Positions 30,059 through 40,320 of a DNA stretch of 64,000 nucleotides are shown piece after piece. The DNA is taken from positions 4,612 to 68,611 of the forward strand of contig UQUV01000009.1 of assembly GCA_900544305.1 (NCBI GenBank), read 5' to 3'. The notes under the pieces are model-generated. The model ran no database searches, was not told the origin of the DNA, and saw only the letters and a program-made list of their open reading frames with translations. The position numbers and the translations under genes were made by a program. Positions within the stretch are counted from its first letter, which is position 1; each line of letters opens with the position of its first letter. The stretch comes from an uncultured Porphyromonadaceae bacterium (lineage in GTDB: Bacteria; Bacteroidota; Bacteroidia; Bacteroidales; Muribaculaceae).

Positions 30059-31026
30059 TTCACTTTAAGTTCATTGATCACCCTCGCTCTCACGATGTCC
30101 TCACTCTCCACGGTGAAGGTCTGGTGACGGCCTCCGCTCTTCTCGTGCATCTCCACCACCAGCATCTTGTCGGCGGGAATGGTGAACTTGTCAAAGACAA
30201 AGACCGTACGCTCGTCCTTCTTTCCGGCAACAGCCGTGGCATAGTTGTAGGCACGCAGTGGAAATATCACCTGCTCCTGTATAGCCGTGCGCTTGAGTAC
30301 CTTCTTGTCCACAATCTTGAACGTCACGAAATCCACCTCATAAGGCACATTCGACGTGTTCTTCACCTGGGTGTGGAAATAGAGCAGCCCGTTATGGGTA
30401 TAGAGCCCGCGCAGCAGGTACTGGATGCCGAACGCCTTGCTTCCGATATGCTTGATGTGGCGTCTGTTATCCTTGTGGATGGCCTTGGAAATAAGGTGTA
30501 CCAGCTTGGGCGACTCGCTGCCGAGTTCCTTCAGGTAGATGTCAAGGGCATTGTTCGGGCGGTTCACCTCGCTGCCATCATTAATAAAATCGGCCATCTC
30601 GATATTGAGCAGCAGAGGCTCGTCGGCATACTTCACATTGAAGGTGTAGAAACTTCCGCTTTCGGTAATCACCGACATGTTGGTCTCCTCACGGAAGTTC
30701 TTTCTGGTAGCCTTTACCCTGATTACATTCTCTGAACCGTCCGCCTTGCCCGCAATCAGATTCGGAGAACCGAGATCCACGTAACGGACAGCCGAGGGAA
30801 AGATGATATGGGTCGTCTTGTCATACGTCACTTCCAGACCGTAAGGCGGAATCATCCGGTCAAAGGTGAGCTTTCTGGACAGCCCGTGATAGAGGTCGCC
30901 GTCCTCCTGCTGCGGATAGATATCCGCCTTCAGGGTCAAATCGTTTACGGCCGTGGTATCAGCCGACTGTGCATGTGCACTTGCAACGCCGCCTGCGAGG
31001 GCAAGCATCAAAAGAATCTTTTTCAT
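30055..31026 (-). CDS. traN: TraN-like conjugative transposon protein
   Basis: 323 aa, signal peptide. Conserved order. Confidence 0.65.
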   Translation of the reverse strand: MKKILLMLALAGGVASAHAQSADTTAVNDLTLKADIYPQQEDGDLYHGLSRKLTFDRMIPPYGLEVTYDKTTHIIFPSAVRYVDLGSPNLIAGKADGSENVIRVKATRKNFREETNMSVITESGSFYTFNVKYADEPLLLNIEMADFINDGSEVNRPNNALDIYLKELGSESPKLVHLISKAIHKDNRRHIKHIGSKAFGIQYLLRGLYTHNGLLYFHTQVKNTSNVPYEVDFVTFKIVDKKVLKRTAIQEQVIFPLRAYNYATAVAGKKDERTVFVFDKFTIPADKMLVVEMHEKSGGRHQTFTVESEDIVRARVINELKVK

Positions 31027-31046
31027 GTCTTTACTGTTTTAATGGG

Positions 31047-32339
31047 TTATTGATTGTTGTTCTGATAAAGCATCAGTCCGTAGCCTGATTTGAGGTGTAC
31101 CTTCTCCTCGCGCATCTTTTTGGAGATGTACTGCGACACGCCCTGTATGGCCCCTCGTCCAAGCTCGGAGAGAAGCTGGTCGCCTGCCGACTGGTTGGTG
31201 ATGGAGATGGTCGTGCCGAGATTCTGTCCCATGTTGGCGGCCACTTCCCTTACCGCATTCGCCTCCGTCGAACCGGGAATGAATATCCCGTCCTGTCCGT
31301 CACTGTCCAGCACGGTCAGTTCCACGGGAATGACATTGCCGTCATATTCGACCTGCAGGATTTCAATGCCAAGCCGCTCGCCCTGGATACGTCCCTCACC
31401 GGTCAGCAGGGTATTGCGGGGAAGCACATATCTTCCCACACGCATGGCCTCCAGCAGCCTGAGACGCACGCTTTGTCCGCTGATAACGGTCTGGTCGCCA
31501 TGCACACAGGCCCGTATGGTATTCCTTGCCACCTGTGTCCCGGCACTGCCCACAGCCGTATGGAAGCCGATATCCGTACCGGAAAGCAGCCTCGCGAACT
31601 GTACCGAATCGGTAAGAGGCTGAGGAAGGGACGACACGACCGGAGAGGACACCAGCCCGACGGGAACGGCTTTCGCCTTCCTCTCCCTTGAGGGACTTTC
31701 CGTCTCCTGACTGTCCGCTGTTCCCGTGCTGCCGCCCGAAGGCATATATTTGGCGGCAAGTTCATAGGACTTCTCCAGCAGAGCCACCTGTTCCTCGTAG
31801 CTCGGTCCGGCCGTCTGCGCTGCGGCAGCCTGTCTGAGCTGTTCCACCTCTGCTTTCAGGGCTTCCTTTTCCGGGTCTTCCTCAGGACTCTCGTAAAAAC
31901 TGCCGAGAGTGGCGTTGATGTCGTTGTAAGCCGAGGCTGAAGAGGCGAAGGCTCCCGTCCTGCCGTTTCCTCCTGAATTGTACGCACGGCTTTCATTTTC
32001 ACTTGCAATGTCCTGCGCCGGTTCTGTCTTCGGGACATTATCCTGTCTGTGTCCATCGGTCAGGGCGGAGAAGTCGGCCAGCGTACGCTTCTTCTCCTCC
32101 TGCCGGCGAATCATGTCTGCCTGCTCATAGGCAGCCATCTTGTCCGCCTCTATACCCGTACCTTTCGGATCGGGAAGTTCGGCATTGAAGCCCGTCTTCC
32201 TTTCCGCCTCCTGCCTGTCTTTTTCGGACGGGGCGAAAATTAGCCACATGCACCCGAGGAACAGCAGGAACATGCCTGTGAAAACCAGATATTTCCTGAT
32301 TTTCTGCTTCTGTTTCAATTTTTCTGCATCTGTACTCAT
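31047..32339 (-). CDS. traM: TraM-like conjugative transposon protein
   Basis: About 430 aa with an N-terminal TM. Start trimmed to MSTDAEK to avoid overlap with traL. Confidence 0.6.
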   Translation of the reverse strand: MSTDAEKLKQKQKIRKYLVFTGMFLLFLGCMWLIFAPSEKDRQEAERKTGFNAELPDPKGTGIEADKMAAYEQADMIRRQEEKKRTLADFSALTDGHRQDNVPKTEPAQDIASENESRAYNSGGNGRTGAFASSASAYNDINATLGSFYESPEEDPEKEALKAEVEQLRQAAAAQTAGPSYEEQVALLEKSYELAAKYMPSGGSTGTADSQETESPSRERKAKAVPVGLVSSPVVSSLPQPLTDSVQFARLLSGTDIGFHTAVGSAGTQVARNTIRACVHGDQTVISGQSVRLRLLEAMRVGRYVLPRNTLLTGEGRIQGERLGIEILQVEYDGNVIPVELTVLDSDGQDGIFIPGSTEANAVREVAANMGQNLGTTISITNQSAGDQLLSELGRGAIQGVSQYISKKMREEKVHLKSGYGLMLYQNNNQ

Positions 32340-32343
32340 AATC

Positions 32344-32637
32344 TTACTTGTTGAACTGGTTAAAAAACTCTTCCATCTCACGGACTTTCATATCGGAGAG
32401 GGTATCCGCAGGCACAAAGTCGGGAACCTCAAGTGGGGTTATCCTGATGATGTCCTGCCGGGCATCCTCCCGTCCGATGTCATAAATCGCACGGAAAATC
32501 ATGTAGAAATTCACCAGCGCGAAAAGGGAAACCATCACGATGACGGCGATTGCCCTCTGACGGGGTGTGAGTCTGTCACAAAGGCCGCGCAGCCTGCCCC
32601 CGATACATTCCTTGAACTTTACATACATTTTTCTCAT
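32344..32637 (-). CDS. traL: TraL-like small membrane protein
   Basis: 97 aa, one TM. Conserved order. Confidence 0.5.
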   Translation of the reverse strand: MRKMYVKFKECIGGRLRGLCDRLTPRQRAIAVIVMVSLFALVNFYMIFRAIYDIGREDARQDIIRITPLEVPDFVPADTLSDMKVREMEEFFNQFNK

Positions 32638-32649
32638 ACATACATTGTT

Positions 32650-33273
32650 TTATCTGTCATACATTCTGATATCCCTGTTCTCCAGCACGTGGAACCCTTC
32701 CAGGATGAACCCGTGCGGATTGTTGTCACTGCGGGTGGAATTCCGCAACCTGCCATGCGTGACAAGGCTGCGTTCCGTCACGCTCTTCTCACGGATGATG
32801 AAAAGGCGTGCGTATGTCATGACATCATACGGATAGGTGTTGAAGTCGCATTTCACGCTGTCTATCTCGATACGCTGGCTGACATTGCCCGAAATTATTC
32901 TATTGTAATAACCCTGTTCGGCCAGATCCCCGTAATGAGAATAGGCGGAACGGTCACTCAGGAACATGGCACGCTGCACGTTCCCCTCGATGGCACTCTT
33001 GTCAGGGGCCAGCGTGAAGAACAGCTCATGGAAACGTCTGACATGTTCCCTTGCCTCTACGGGACGGTTCTGCTCCAGGTCCTGCGAGAGGGCGAGCATG
33101 AGCGACTTCCCCTCATCCAGCACATAGATCTTCTGGCGCTGGGCTTCGGCAAAACTGTATGCCTTCCACACGGAATAACCCACAAGCAGGGTGCAGACAC
33201 CCAGATAGACGATTCCGAACAGGCGCAGATGCCGGAAGCTGGTCTCGATATTTTTCAATGATTTGAATTCCAT
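32650..33273 (-). CDS. traK: TraK-like conjugative transposon protein
   Basis: 207 aa, N-terminal TM. Conserved order. Confidence 0.6.
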   Translation of the reverse strand: MEFKSLKNIETSFRHLRLFGIVYLGVCTLLVGYSVWKAYSFAEAQRQKIYVLDEGKSLMLALSQDLEQNRPVEAREHVRRFHELFFTLAPDKSAIEGNVQRAMFLSDRSAYSHYGDLAEQGYYNRIISGNVSQRIEIDSVKCDFNTYPYDVMTYARLFIIREKSVTERSLVTHGRLRNSTRSDNNPHGFILEGFHVLENRDIRMYDR

Positions 33274-33293
33274 TCTTATTCGTTTTATGATTG

Positions 33294-34304
33294 TTACTTG
33301 ATTAGTCTTCCGGCCACATTTCCTACAGTAGCACCTGCGGCACCGCCCACAATGGAGCCTGTCTTGGAAGCAGCCTGATTCACGTTCTTGCCGTAATTTC
33401 CTGCTCCTCCACCGGCCTGCACGATCCAGTTGGCCACGGTCGGAATCGTGAAATACCCGATGATGCCGATAATCAGGAACGTGATGTACACGGCATTGGA
33501 ACTGTCCGGAATGAAGTTGGGGTCGGACAGCTGCTCGATGTCCCTCTGAAGCATCAGGGTCTGTATGCGTGCCAGCACGCTGCTGAAAAGATCAGAGACG
33601 GGCAGCCACAGATAGATGCTGATATAGCGGACAAACCATTGGCTCAGCGAGGCCTGAAAGCCGTCCCAGCACGAAATGGCAAAGGAAATCGGTCCGAGAA
33701 TGGAAAGGACAATCAGAAAGAATGTCCTTAGCGTGTCCACCACAAGCGCGGCCGCATTGAACATCAGTTCCAGCAGCTCACGGAAAAAATTCTGCACGGA
33801 CTTCTTCATGTTGTACATGGCACGGTCCACATACATACCGCAAGCCTCGATAGCGTCCAGAGCTCCCAGTTCATCCAGTTTGTTGTCAAAAGCCTCCTTG
33901 TCCACCAGGTAGGCCGTCTCGGGATTCCTCCGCATCGCCTCAATCTCCAGCTTGTCCTTCTGCTGCCGATACTCATTCATGTCAAAGGTCTGCGTCTCCA
34001 GAATCCTGTGCGTTCCGGTCACGACGGGTGACAAAATGCTGTTGAGCGTACCCAGCACGATGGTCGGAAAAAACATGATGCAGATACCCAGAGCAAACGG
34101 ACGCAGCAAAGGGAACACGTCAATAGGTTCGGCCCTGGCCAGCGACTGCCAGACACGATACGCCACATAAAAGAGGGCTCCCAATCCGGCAAGGCCCTTG
34201 GCCACGCCGGTCATCTGCGAACAGAGCGGCATCATGTCCGTGTACAGACTTTGCAGGATCTGGTGCAGATTGTCAAAATTCACAGCCAACAATACCATAA
34301 GCAA
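33294..34304 (-). CDS. traJ: TraJ-like polytopic membrane protein (VirB6-like)
   Basis: 336 aa, multiple TM helices, Gly-rich C-terminus. Confidence 0.65.
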   Translation of the reverse strand: MLMVLLAVNFDNLHQILQSLYTDMMPLCSQMTGVAKGLAGLGALFYVAYRVWQSLARAEPIDVFPLLRPFALGICIMFFPTIVLGTLNSILSPVVTGTHRILETQTFDMNEYRQQKDKLEIEAMRRNPETAYLVDKEAFDNKLDELGALDAIEACGMYVDRAMYNMKKSVQNFFRELLELMFNAAALVVDTLRTFFLIVLSILGPISFAISCWDGFQASLSQWFVRYISIYLWLPVSDLFSSVLARIQTLMLQRDIEQLSDPNFIPDSSNAVYITFLIIGIIGYFTIPTVANWIVQAGGGAGNYGKNVNQAASKTGSIVGGAAGATVGNVAGRLIK

Positions 34305-34316
34305 TCCTCCTTGAAA

Positions 34317-34949
34317 TTACCAGTAGCGTTCGTTGGGTGAACCGTACAGAGCCATCACACGGTCAAGATCATTCTGTTTCTTGGCACGCAGGTACGACAC
34401 GCCGATGTTCTTGTTGGTATAGTACTGCACCAGACTGCGGTATTGCAGCATGTCGGTATAACAACGGTCGATGATGTCCATACGTTCCTTGTCGTTCATC
34501 GAAAGGCCGTTCTCGTTGACCACCGTCTTCAGGTCCGTCAGCAGATTGGCACTCTCCTCCAGCAGCTTCGTGTAGCCGAGGGCGATGGCACTCAGTTCCT
34601 CAGGGGTGAAATAAGGGTCACTGAGCATACGCTCATAACTGGTCACATAGATTTCCGTGATGTCGCCGACCATCAGGATGGTCTGCTGCACCTTGCGGGC
34701 ATCGCGTACCAGATTCTTCACTTTCCTAAGGCCGTCATAATACTCCTTGCCCTGCTTGTAAATCTTGACCGTCTCCTGAAAATTGTTGAGCATGTTGCCA
34801 GCCGTCGATGACGTGTGGACGATGTTCTTGGCGGCATTGATGATGCCCTGGGCAAGATTCCCGGGATCGGTCACTACCCATTGGGCGTGTGCCCTGCCTG
34901 CCGAAAGGAGGCAGATACAGCATAAGGCTGTCAGAATTCTTTTCTTCAT
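34317..34949 (-). CDS. traI: TraI-like secreted protein
   Basis: Start trimmed to MKKRILTALCCICLLSAGRAHAQ (signal peptide). About 211 aa. Confidence 0.55.
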   Translation of the reverse strand: MKKRILTALCCICLLSAGRAHAQWVVTDPGNLAQGIINAAKNIVHTSSTAGNMLNNFQETVKIYKQGKEYYDGLRKVKNLVRDARKVQQTILMVGDITEIYVTSYERMLSDPYFTPEELSAIALGYTKLLEESANLLTDLKTVVNENGLSMNDKERMDIIDRCYTDMLQYRSLVQYYTNKNIGVSYLRAKKQNDLDRVMALYGSPNERYW

Positions 34950-34989
34950 GTCGTTAATCTTTAATGGTTGATAAATCTTTTCCGTTAGT

Positions 34990-35604
34990 TCAGAGTCCCA
35001 TCTTGCGGCCTTTCGGCTTAGGACGGACGTTGATGTGCGGTTTTCTCCGCAGTGTTGTTTCCGAAGAGACCGTGCGGGCAGGCCTGATATTCCTGAAGAA
35101 CTCGTCCGCATAGGGACGTCTGCCGGTCATCCTGACAAATCGGGCATCCAGTTCCCGGTAAGCCTTCTCCGCCTGTTTCCGTATCACATCCTCCGGACTG
35201 CTCCTGTCAATGCCGTATTTCACGAGAAAATCCGGGCGGATATGTATCGGGTCATGTACGGAACCCGGCGAGGCGGCAATACTGCCCAGCCTCTCCAGTT
35301 CCCCGTTCAGCTTGTCAAGGTATTCAGCCGGAGGACGGGGACATACACTTTCAAAAATCTTCTCCACCGCGTGTGTCAGTCTTGCATCCACCTCCAGAAT
35401 GTCGGGTACTTCCCCCGTCTGCCTCTTCCGCAGGTATTCGTCAGGAGCCATCCCTTCAAGCTGATGGAACAGACGGTAATCCTCCGTGAGCCCGTAATAG
35501 TCCTGTATGGAAAGAGGAATATTCCAGCCCTGCATCAGGGACCAGTAGAGGGATGACACGACCTCACGGCGTTTGCTTTCATTAGATTCCAGATCGCTAT
35601 ACAT
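34990..35604 (-). CDS. traH: TraH-like conjugative transposon protein
   Basis: 204 aa. Assigned by its position between the VirB4-like traG and traI. Confidence 0.45.
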   Translation of the reverse strand: MYSDLESNESKRREVVSSLYWSLMQGWNIPLSIQDYYGLTEDYRLFHQLEGMAPDEYLRKRQTGEVPDILEVDARLTHAVEKIFESVCPRPPAEYLDKLNGELERLGSIAASPGSVHDPIHIRPDFLVKYGIDRSSPEDVIRKQAEKAYRELDARFVRMTGRRPYADEFFRNIRPARTVSSETTLRRKPHINVRPKPKGRKMGL

Positions 35605-35637
35605 AAATTCAGAAGTTTAATGGGTTGATAAATGATT

Positions 35638-38136
35638 TCACTTTTTCCTCTTGCTCTCGGCCAGCTGCTTGATTGCCAGCTCGATATTGCCACCCAGCTT
35701 CCGGGTAAGCCGCATTACTTCAAGCTTTTCCGTCTCCTCGGTCGTGTAGGTGCAGTACTCTTCCGGCGAGACCTCGGTGGCATAGACCGCCGACTGTGTT
35801 CCGCCGAGACCTATCCACACTTCCTTGTACTTGCGGGACGGGCTGTTGGCCATGTTGATGGAGAGAATCTGAGCACGTTCCTTGTCGGTCAGGCCCAGCA
35901 GGGACTGGATTTCATCGAACTTGTTGACATACTTCCTCTGGTCCAACAAAATCTTGCAGTCGCTGTTGTTGATGATGGTTCCCTTGACGATGGGTGACGA
36001 AATGATGTCTTCCACCTCCTGGGTAACGACAACAGCCTCTCCGAAAAACTTTCGGACGGTCTTGAAAAGGTAGCGGATATAGTTGCTCATATTGGCGGAT
36101 GCCAATGCCTTCCAACATTCCTCAATAAGTATCATCTTTCGGATACCTTTCAACTTTCGCATCTTGCTGATGAAAGTTTCCATGATGATGATGGTGACAA
36201 TCGGAAGTAGCACCTTGTTGTCACGGATATTGTCCAGCTCGAAGACAATAAACCGTTTGCCAAGCAAATCAAGCTGTCTGTCGGAATTCAACAGGAAGTC
36301 ATACTCGCCACCCTTGTAATAAGGTTCCAGCACATTCAAGAACCCCCACACGTCAAAATCCTTCTCCCGTGTACGCTTGGTCTTCAGGATTTCCTGAAAT
36401 TCGTCTCGGATGAACTCATAGAAGGTATTGAAGGACGGAACTACGGTACTGTCCGTGCGTATCTTCTCCAGAAAGAGATTGACCGCATTGGAGAGTGCCA
36501 CCTCCTCGGCACGTGTCGGCGGCTCATCGTCACGTTTCCACAGGGTAAGGATAAGCGTCTTGATGGACTCCTTCTTTTCGATGTCAAACACACCGTCCTC
36601 CACGTAGAAAGGATTGAAGGCTATCGGATCACTCTCCTCATAGGTGAAATAGATGCCGTCCTCGCCATGCGTTCGGGCATGGATAAGGCTGCACAGTCCC
36701 TGATAGGAATTTCCCGTGTCCACCAGCAGCACATGCGCTCCCTGTTCGTAATACTGGCGCACCATGTGGTTGGTGAAAAATGACTTTCCGCTGCCCGAAG
36801 GTCCGAGGATGAACTTGTTGCGGTTGGTAATCGTACCATTCTTCATCGGCAGGTCGGAAATGTCCAGATGGACAGGCTTTCCGGTCAGACGGTCCACCAT
36901 GCGGATGCCGAACGGCGAGAGCGAATCCTTGTAGGACGTTTCCCCGATGAACAGGCACAGGGCCTGCTCGATGAAGGTGTAGAAGCTTTCCTCTGACGGG
37001 AAATCGCCGGCATTGCCGGGGATGGCCGCCCAGAAGAGTGTCGGCGCATCAACCGTGTTATGGCGGGGCTTGGCCTCCATCAGGGCAATCTGGCTACCCA
37101 CATCATTCTTGATACGCTTCAGCTTCTCCCGGTCGTCGCTCCATGCAAAGACATTGCAGTGCGCACGGATGGAAGTGAGTCCCTTGCTGTGCGCCTCGTT
37201 CAGATACTCCTCAATCCATTCACGGTTGATCTGGTTGGAGCGGCTGTAACGGGACAGCGAGTGCATGTTGCAGGCGGTCTGCTCGAATTTCCTCAGGTTC
37301 TCCGCCGAATCGTCTATGAAGAGATACTGGTTCACGATATGGTTGCACGTGAGCAGTATCCCTATCGGTGCGGCAAAGGACAGGCGGCAGTCGCTGCGGT
37401 CCGTGGACAGCCGTTCATAACGGCTGTCCGTACCCACGGATGACGGCAGGTCTTCCGTTTCGGAGAGGGTATGCAGGCAGAGCAGGTTGTCGCCGACCTT
37501 CATTTCCCCGGCTCCGAGAGTGATGTCCTGCAGGCTGGTCGTATTTTCCTGCGAAAGCGAAAAATACTTTTCGATAATGCCCGCGGAGGTTTCCGTACCG
37601 GTAATCTCTTCGTCCGTCAGCCTTACCATGCGGAGCAGACCGCTGTCGTTCACGATACGCTCGAACTGCCCGCAGCATTCCAGAAAGCGTGCGACGGTAT
37701 CCTTGTCCTGCATCTCCTTGGGGATGATGAACCCGCGCGTGAGGGCATTGAAGCTGCTTGTCGTGCGGCTGTGTTCCTTCGTGGTCTTTGTCAGGAACAG
37801 ATAGCAGGTATGGTTCAGGTACGGCCGCTCGTTGAAATGTCTTTCAAAGCTGCGGCTGAGGAAACTCAGGTCATCCCGGCAGATATCAGGTCTGTAGCTC
37901 TCCTCAATGAAGATGTCCTGCTTGTGGACGATGCTGTAGTTCGGCAGAACCCGGACAGCCTTCGCCCATGTGGAATGGAGGGCCTCGTACTCGGCGCGTG
38001 TCAACGTGAACACTTCCGGCAGCTCCACCCTGTAGGCCACGGTGATGTCGGCATCCTTGCTGATGATACACCCGTGCTCGACGGACATCAGCGGAAACCG
38101 GTTTTCCAGTGTGGCGGCTTTCATTACATTTCTCAT
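35638..38136 (-). CDS. traG: TraG-like conjugal transfer ATPase (VirB4 family)
   Basis: Walker A GPSGSGKSFFTNH. About 830 aa. Start trimmed to MRNVMKAATLEN, giving ATGA coupling with the traF stop. Confidence 0.85.
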   Translation of the reverse strand: MRNVMKAATLENRFPLMSVEHGCIISKDADITVAYRVELPEVFTLTRAEYEALHSTWAKAVRVLPNYSIVHKQDIFIEESYRPDICRDDLSFLSRSFERHFNERPYLNHTCYLFLTKTTKEHSRTTSSFNALTRGFIIPKEMQDKDTVARFLECCGQFERIVNDSGLLRMVRLTDEEITGTETSAGIIEKYFSLSQENTTSLQDITLGAGEMKVGDNLLCLHTLSETEDLPSSVGTDSRYERLSTDRSDCRLSFAAPIGILLTCNHIVNQYLFIDDSAENLRKFEQTACNMHSLSRYSRSNQINREWIEEYLNEAHSKGLTSIRAHCNVFAWSDDREKLKRIKNDVGSQIALMEAKPRHNTVDAPTLFWAAIPGNAGDFPSEESFYTFIEQALCLFIGETSYKDSLSPFGIRMVDRLTGKPVHLDISDLPMKNGTITNRNKFILGPSGSGKSFFTNHMVRQYYEQGAHVLLVDTGNSYQGLCSLIHARTHGEDGIYFTYEESDPIAFNPFYVEDGVFDIEKKESIKTLILTLWKRDDEPPTRAEEVALSNAVNLFLEKIRTDSTVVPSFNTFYEFIRDEFQEILKTKRTREKDFDVWGFLNVLEPYYKGGEYDFLLNSDRQLDLLGKRFIVFELDNIRDNKVLLPIVTIIIMETFISKMRKLKGIRKMILIEECWKALASANMSNYIRYLFKTVRKFFGEAVVVTQEVEDIISSPIVKGTIINNSDCKILLDQRKYVNKFDEIQSLLGLTDKERAQILSINMANSPSRKYKEVWIGLGGTQSAVYATEVSPEEYCTYTTEETEKLEVMRLTRKLGGNIELAIKQLAESKRKK

Positions 38137-38465
38137 ACATTTCGTTTTTTCGGGGTTGGACAAATCAACCGGAGGAAACCCTTCCGGCTGATGATGTAGC
38201 GGGGATGGCGGCGCAGCGCCTGCAATTTCATCAGTCCCCATTCACCGTATTTCGCGTTCAGGCGGAAAGTCACCCAGACAAGCACCGAGGCGCAGATGAC
38301 ACCGAAACCGATACATACCCACTGGTCTATGCCTGCCATGTACATGATGACAAACAGGACGAACAGGGCGAGCAGTCCGCCGGCGAAGATGAACAGGTAC
38401 TGGCTTTTCAGCCCCTTGAACTCAGGGCTGCGGCCGATTCCCTTGTTGATAGGATACTCCGCCAT
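38133..38465 (-). CDS. traF: TraF-like small membrane protein
   Basis: 110 aa, 2 TM. Conserved order. Confidence 0.6.
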   Translation of the reverse strand: MAEYPINKGIGRSPEFKGLKSQYLFIFAGGLLALFVLFVIMYMAGIDQWVCIGFGVICASVLVWVTFRLNAKYGEWGLMKLQALRRHPRYIISRKGFLRLICPTPKKRNV

Positions 38466-38467
38466 AA

Positions 38468-38764
38468 TCAGAGGAAGAATGAGCGTAAGATTGTGGCGGC
38501 TACGATTAAAAAGATACAGGCGCCGAACCAGCTGGCTGCCGTCTTGGAGGTGTCGGGATCTCCCGAGGAAAACTTGGAATAGACCTTCACGCCTCCGATA
38601 AGGCCGACCACGGCTCCGATGGCATAAATCAGTTTGGTTCCCGGATCGAAATAGGAAGTGACCATGTTGGTGGCTTCAGTGATACCGCCGATACCGTTAC
38701 CCTGGGCGAAAGCCCCTGTCGTTGCAAGCAGCATCATGGCTGCAAAAAAGAATCTTTTTTTCAT
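38468..38764 (-). CDS. traE: TraE-like small exported/membrane protein
   Basis: 98 aa. Signal peptide plus TM segments (MKKRFFFAAMMLLATTGAFAQ). Confidence 0.6.
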   Translation of the reverse strand: MKKRFFFAAMMLLATTGAFAQGNGIGGITEATNMVTSYFDPGTKLIYAIGAVVGLIGGVKVYSKFSSGDPDTSKTAASWFGACIFLIVAATILRSFFL

Positions 38765-38994
38765 GTGTCGAAACTTTTAATTGGTGAGACAAAAAATGAT
38801 TTCGACCACGAATATATAACGCTTAATTCATTGATTTACAACACTGACGATGCGTGACATCGGGTGTCATTACGTTACATCGGAAAGGGATTTCCAAGCG
38901 ATATGAAAAAGAATTTTTGGCAGCCGATTGAAAAAAGGAGAATATAAAAACGGGCACTCTCCATGAAAAAATGAGAACGCTGCAACTTGTCAGA

Positions 38995-39040
38995 ATCAAA
39001 AAAGCGAAGTCTGAAAACCGGGCGGCTTTCAGACTTCGCT
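38995..39040 (-). terminator. Strong rho-independent terminator inside the transfer region
   Basis: Perfect 14-bp inverted repeat AGCGAAGTCTGAAA (39003-39016) / TTTCAGACTTCGCT (39027-39040). On the minus strand it is followed by TTTTTT (rc of 38995-39002). Confidence 0.75.
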
Positions 39041-39060
39041 TCATGTCATGTGAACGCAGT

Positions 39061-39399
39061 TTACTCTGCTGCTGAATCGGAAGAGAAGACACGCTGTTTC
39101 CTCTGTTCCTCCTTTTTCTCTTTTTGCAGCTTCTTTTTGAATTCCATTTCCTTCAGAATCTGTTTCAGCGGCCTGACAGTTTCAGGCTGATCGCGCTTGA
39201 ACCTCTTGAAGTAGATATTCTCTATGAACTGTGGAAGCGGAGCTTTCCACGGCTCCTGTCTGTGGTTGTCAATCTTCCCGAGTTTGTCAGGATTCAGACC
39301 AAGTTCACGTGCCATCTGCACATGCCTGTCCGACAGACGGTGACGCTTCTGGGCAGCCATCCATTTTTCCAATATTGCTTTTGTTACTGCCATAATCAT
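39061..39399 (-). CDS. Small basic protein in the tra leader operon (TraD-like, tentative)
   Basis: 112 aa, Lys/Arg-rich C-terminus. Last gene before the terminator. Confidence 0.4.
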   Translation of the reverse strand: MIMAVTKAILEKWMAAQKRHRLSDRHVQMARELGLNPDKLGKIDNHRQEPWKAPLPQFIENIYFKRFKRDQPETVRPLKQILKEMEFKKKLQKEKKEEQRKQRVFSSDSAAE

Positions 39400-39543
39400 T
39401 CATTTTTTGCAAAGGTACGAATCTTGCCATTATGATAAGGATATGACTATTTGTATTTTATCCGACGTTGTTTTCTGAAAATGAAGAAGGCACGCCGATA
39501 TCACATCGACATGCCCCCAAAAATATGGCAACAAAAGAAACAA

Positions 39544-40320
39544 TTAAACGAATTTACCTATATCGAAAACTTCTTTTTTCTTCGGAGTACCCCTTCGTCT
39601 TAAAAGCGGTTTTCCGGCTTCATCCAGATATTCGTTGAGCAGATGCCCGATTTTATGCTGGCATCCGATTTCGTTTTCAAGAAGATTCAATATTTCCGTA
39701 CCGGATAACTTGTGATAAATTGTCATGCTCGCACGAAAAGCCTTCTGTTCATCACGGGTAGCGGAAGTCAACACTTCCACAACATTATTCATTTCCTCGA
39801 ATGTCATTGCCGTGTTGAAATCAGGATCAGGTTCCGCACCCACCGGAGCCATAAGTTCTTCCTTTTCCTCCTTGGTCAACCCTTTGTTTTCCTGTACCAC
39901 ATCCTCGGGATTGATTTCTTCATCTTCTTCTATAGGTTCCCTAACCAATGGTTCGGAATGTGTTGGCTTTTTTCTTGCCACATCAGGGTCTTCCAGATAG
40001 ACGATTCTGGTCTTGCCAATCACGTCATTATCGTCAACCTGAGAAGGCCGTTCTACAGTTACAGGCTTCTCCTGTACCACTTTTGTTTCCGGCACATTTT
40101 TCTTACGCCTTGCCTTTTTCCTGGCTTTTTCGGCTTTCTTTTCCCTGTATATCCGATATTCTTTACGATATTTCCATAACTTGATACGGGCTATACGCAT
40201 CATATGGTACACTTTCTCCCATGCGTCATACACTTGCTGGCTGAAAATGAATATCCACAATCTGTATAATATGAAGATAGCGCACAGGACTTTGACTGCG
40301 AAATAAATTTTAATTTCCAT
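39544..40320 (-). CDS. Hypothetical membrane-anchored, highly charged protein in the tra leader operon
   Basis: 258 aa. N-terminal TM then KKAEKARKKARRKK and an acidic stretch. Not part of the canonical traA-traQ set as I recall it. Confidence 0.45.
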   Translation of the reverse strand: MEIKIYFAVKVLCAIFILYRLWIFIFSQQVYDAWEKVYHMMRIARIKLWKYRKEYRIYREKKAEKARKKARRKKNVPETKVVQEKPVTVERPSQVDDNDVIGKTRIVYLEDPDVARKKPTHSEPLVREPIEEDEEINPEDVVQENKGLTKEEKEELMAPVGAEPDPDFNTAMTFEEMNNVVEVLTSATRDEQKAFRASMTIYHKLSGTEILNLLENEIGCQHKIGHLLNEYLDEAGKPLLRRRGTPKKKEVFDIGKFV

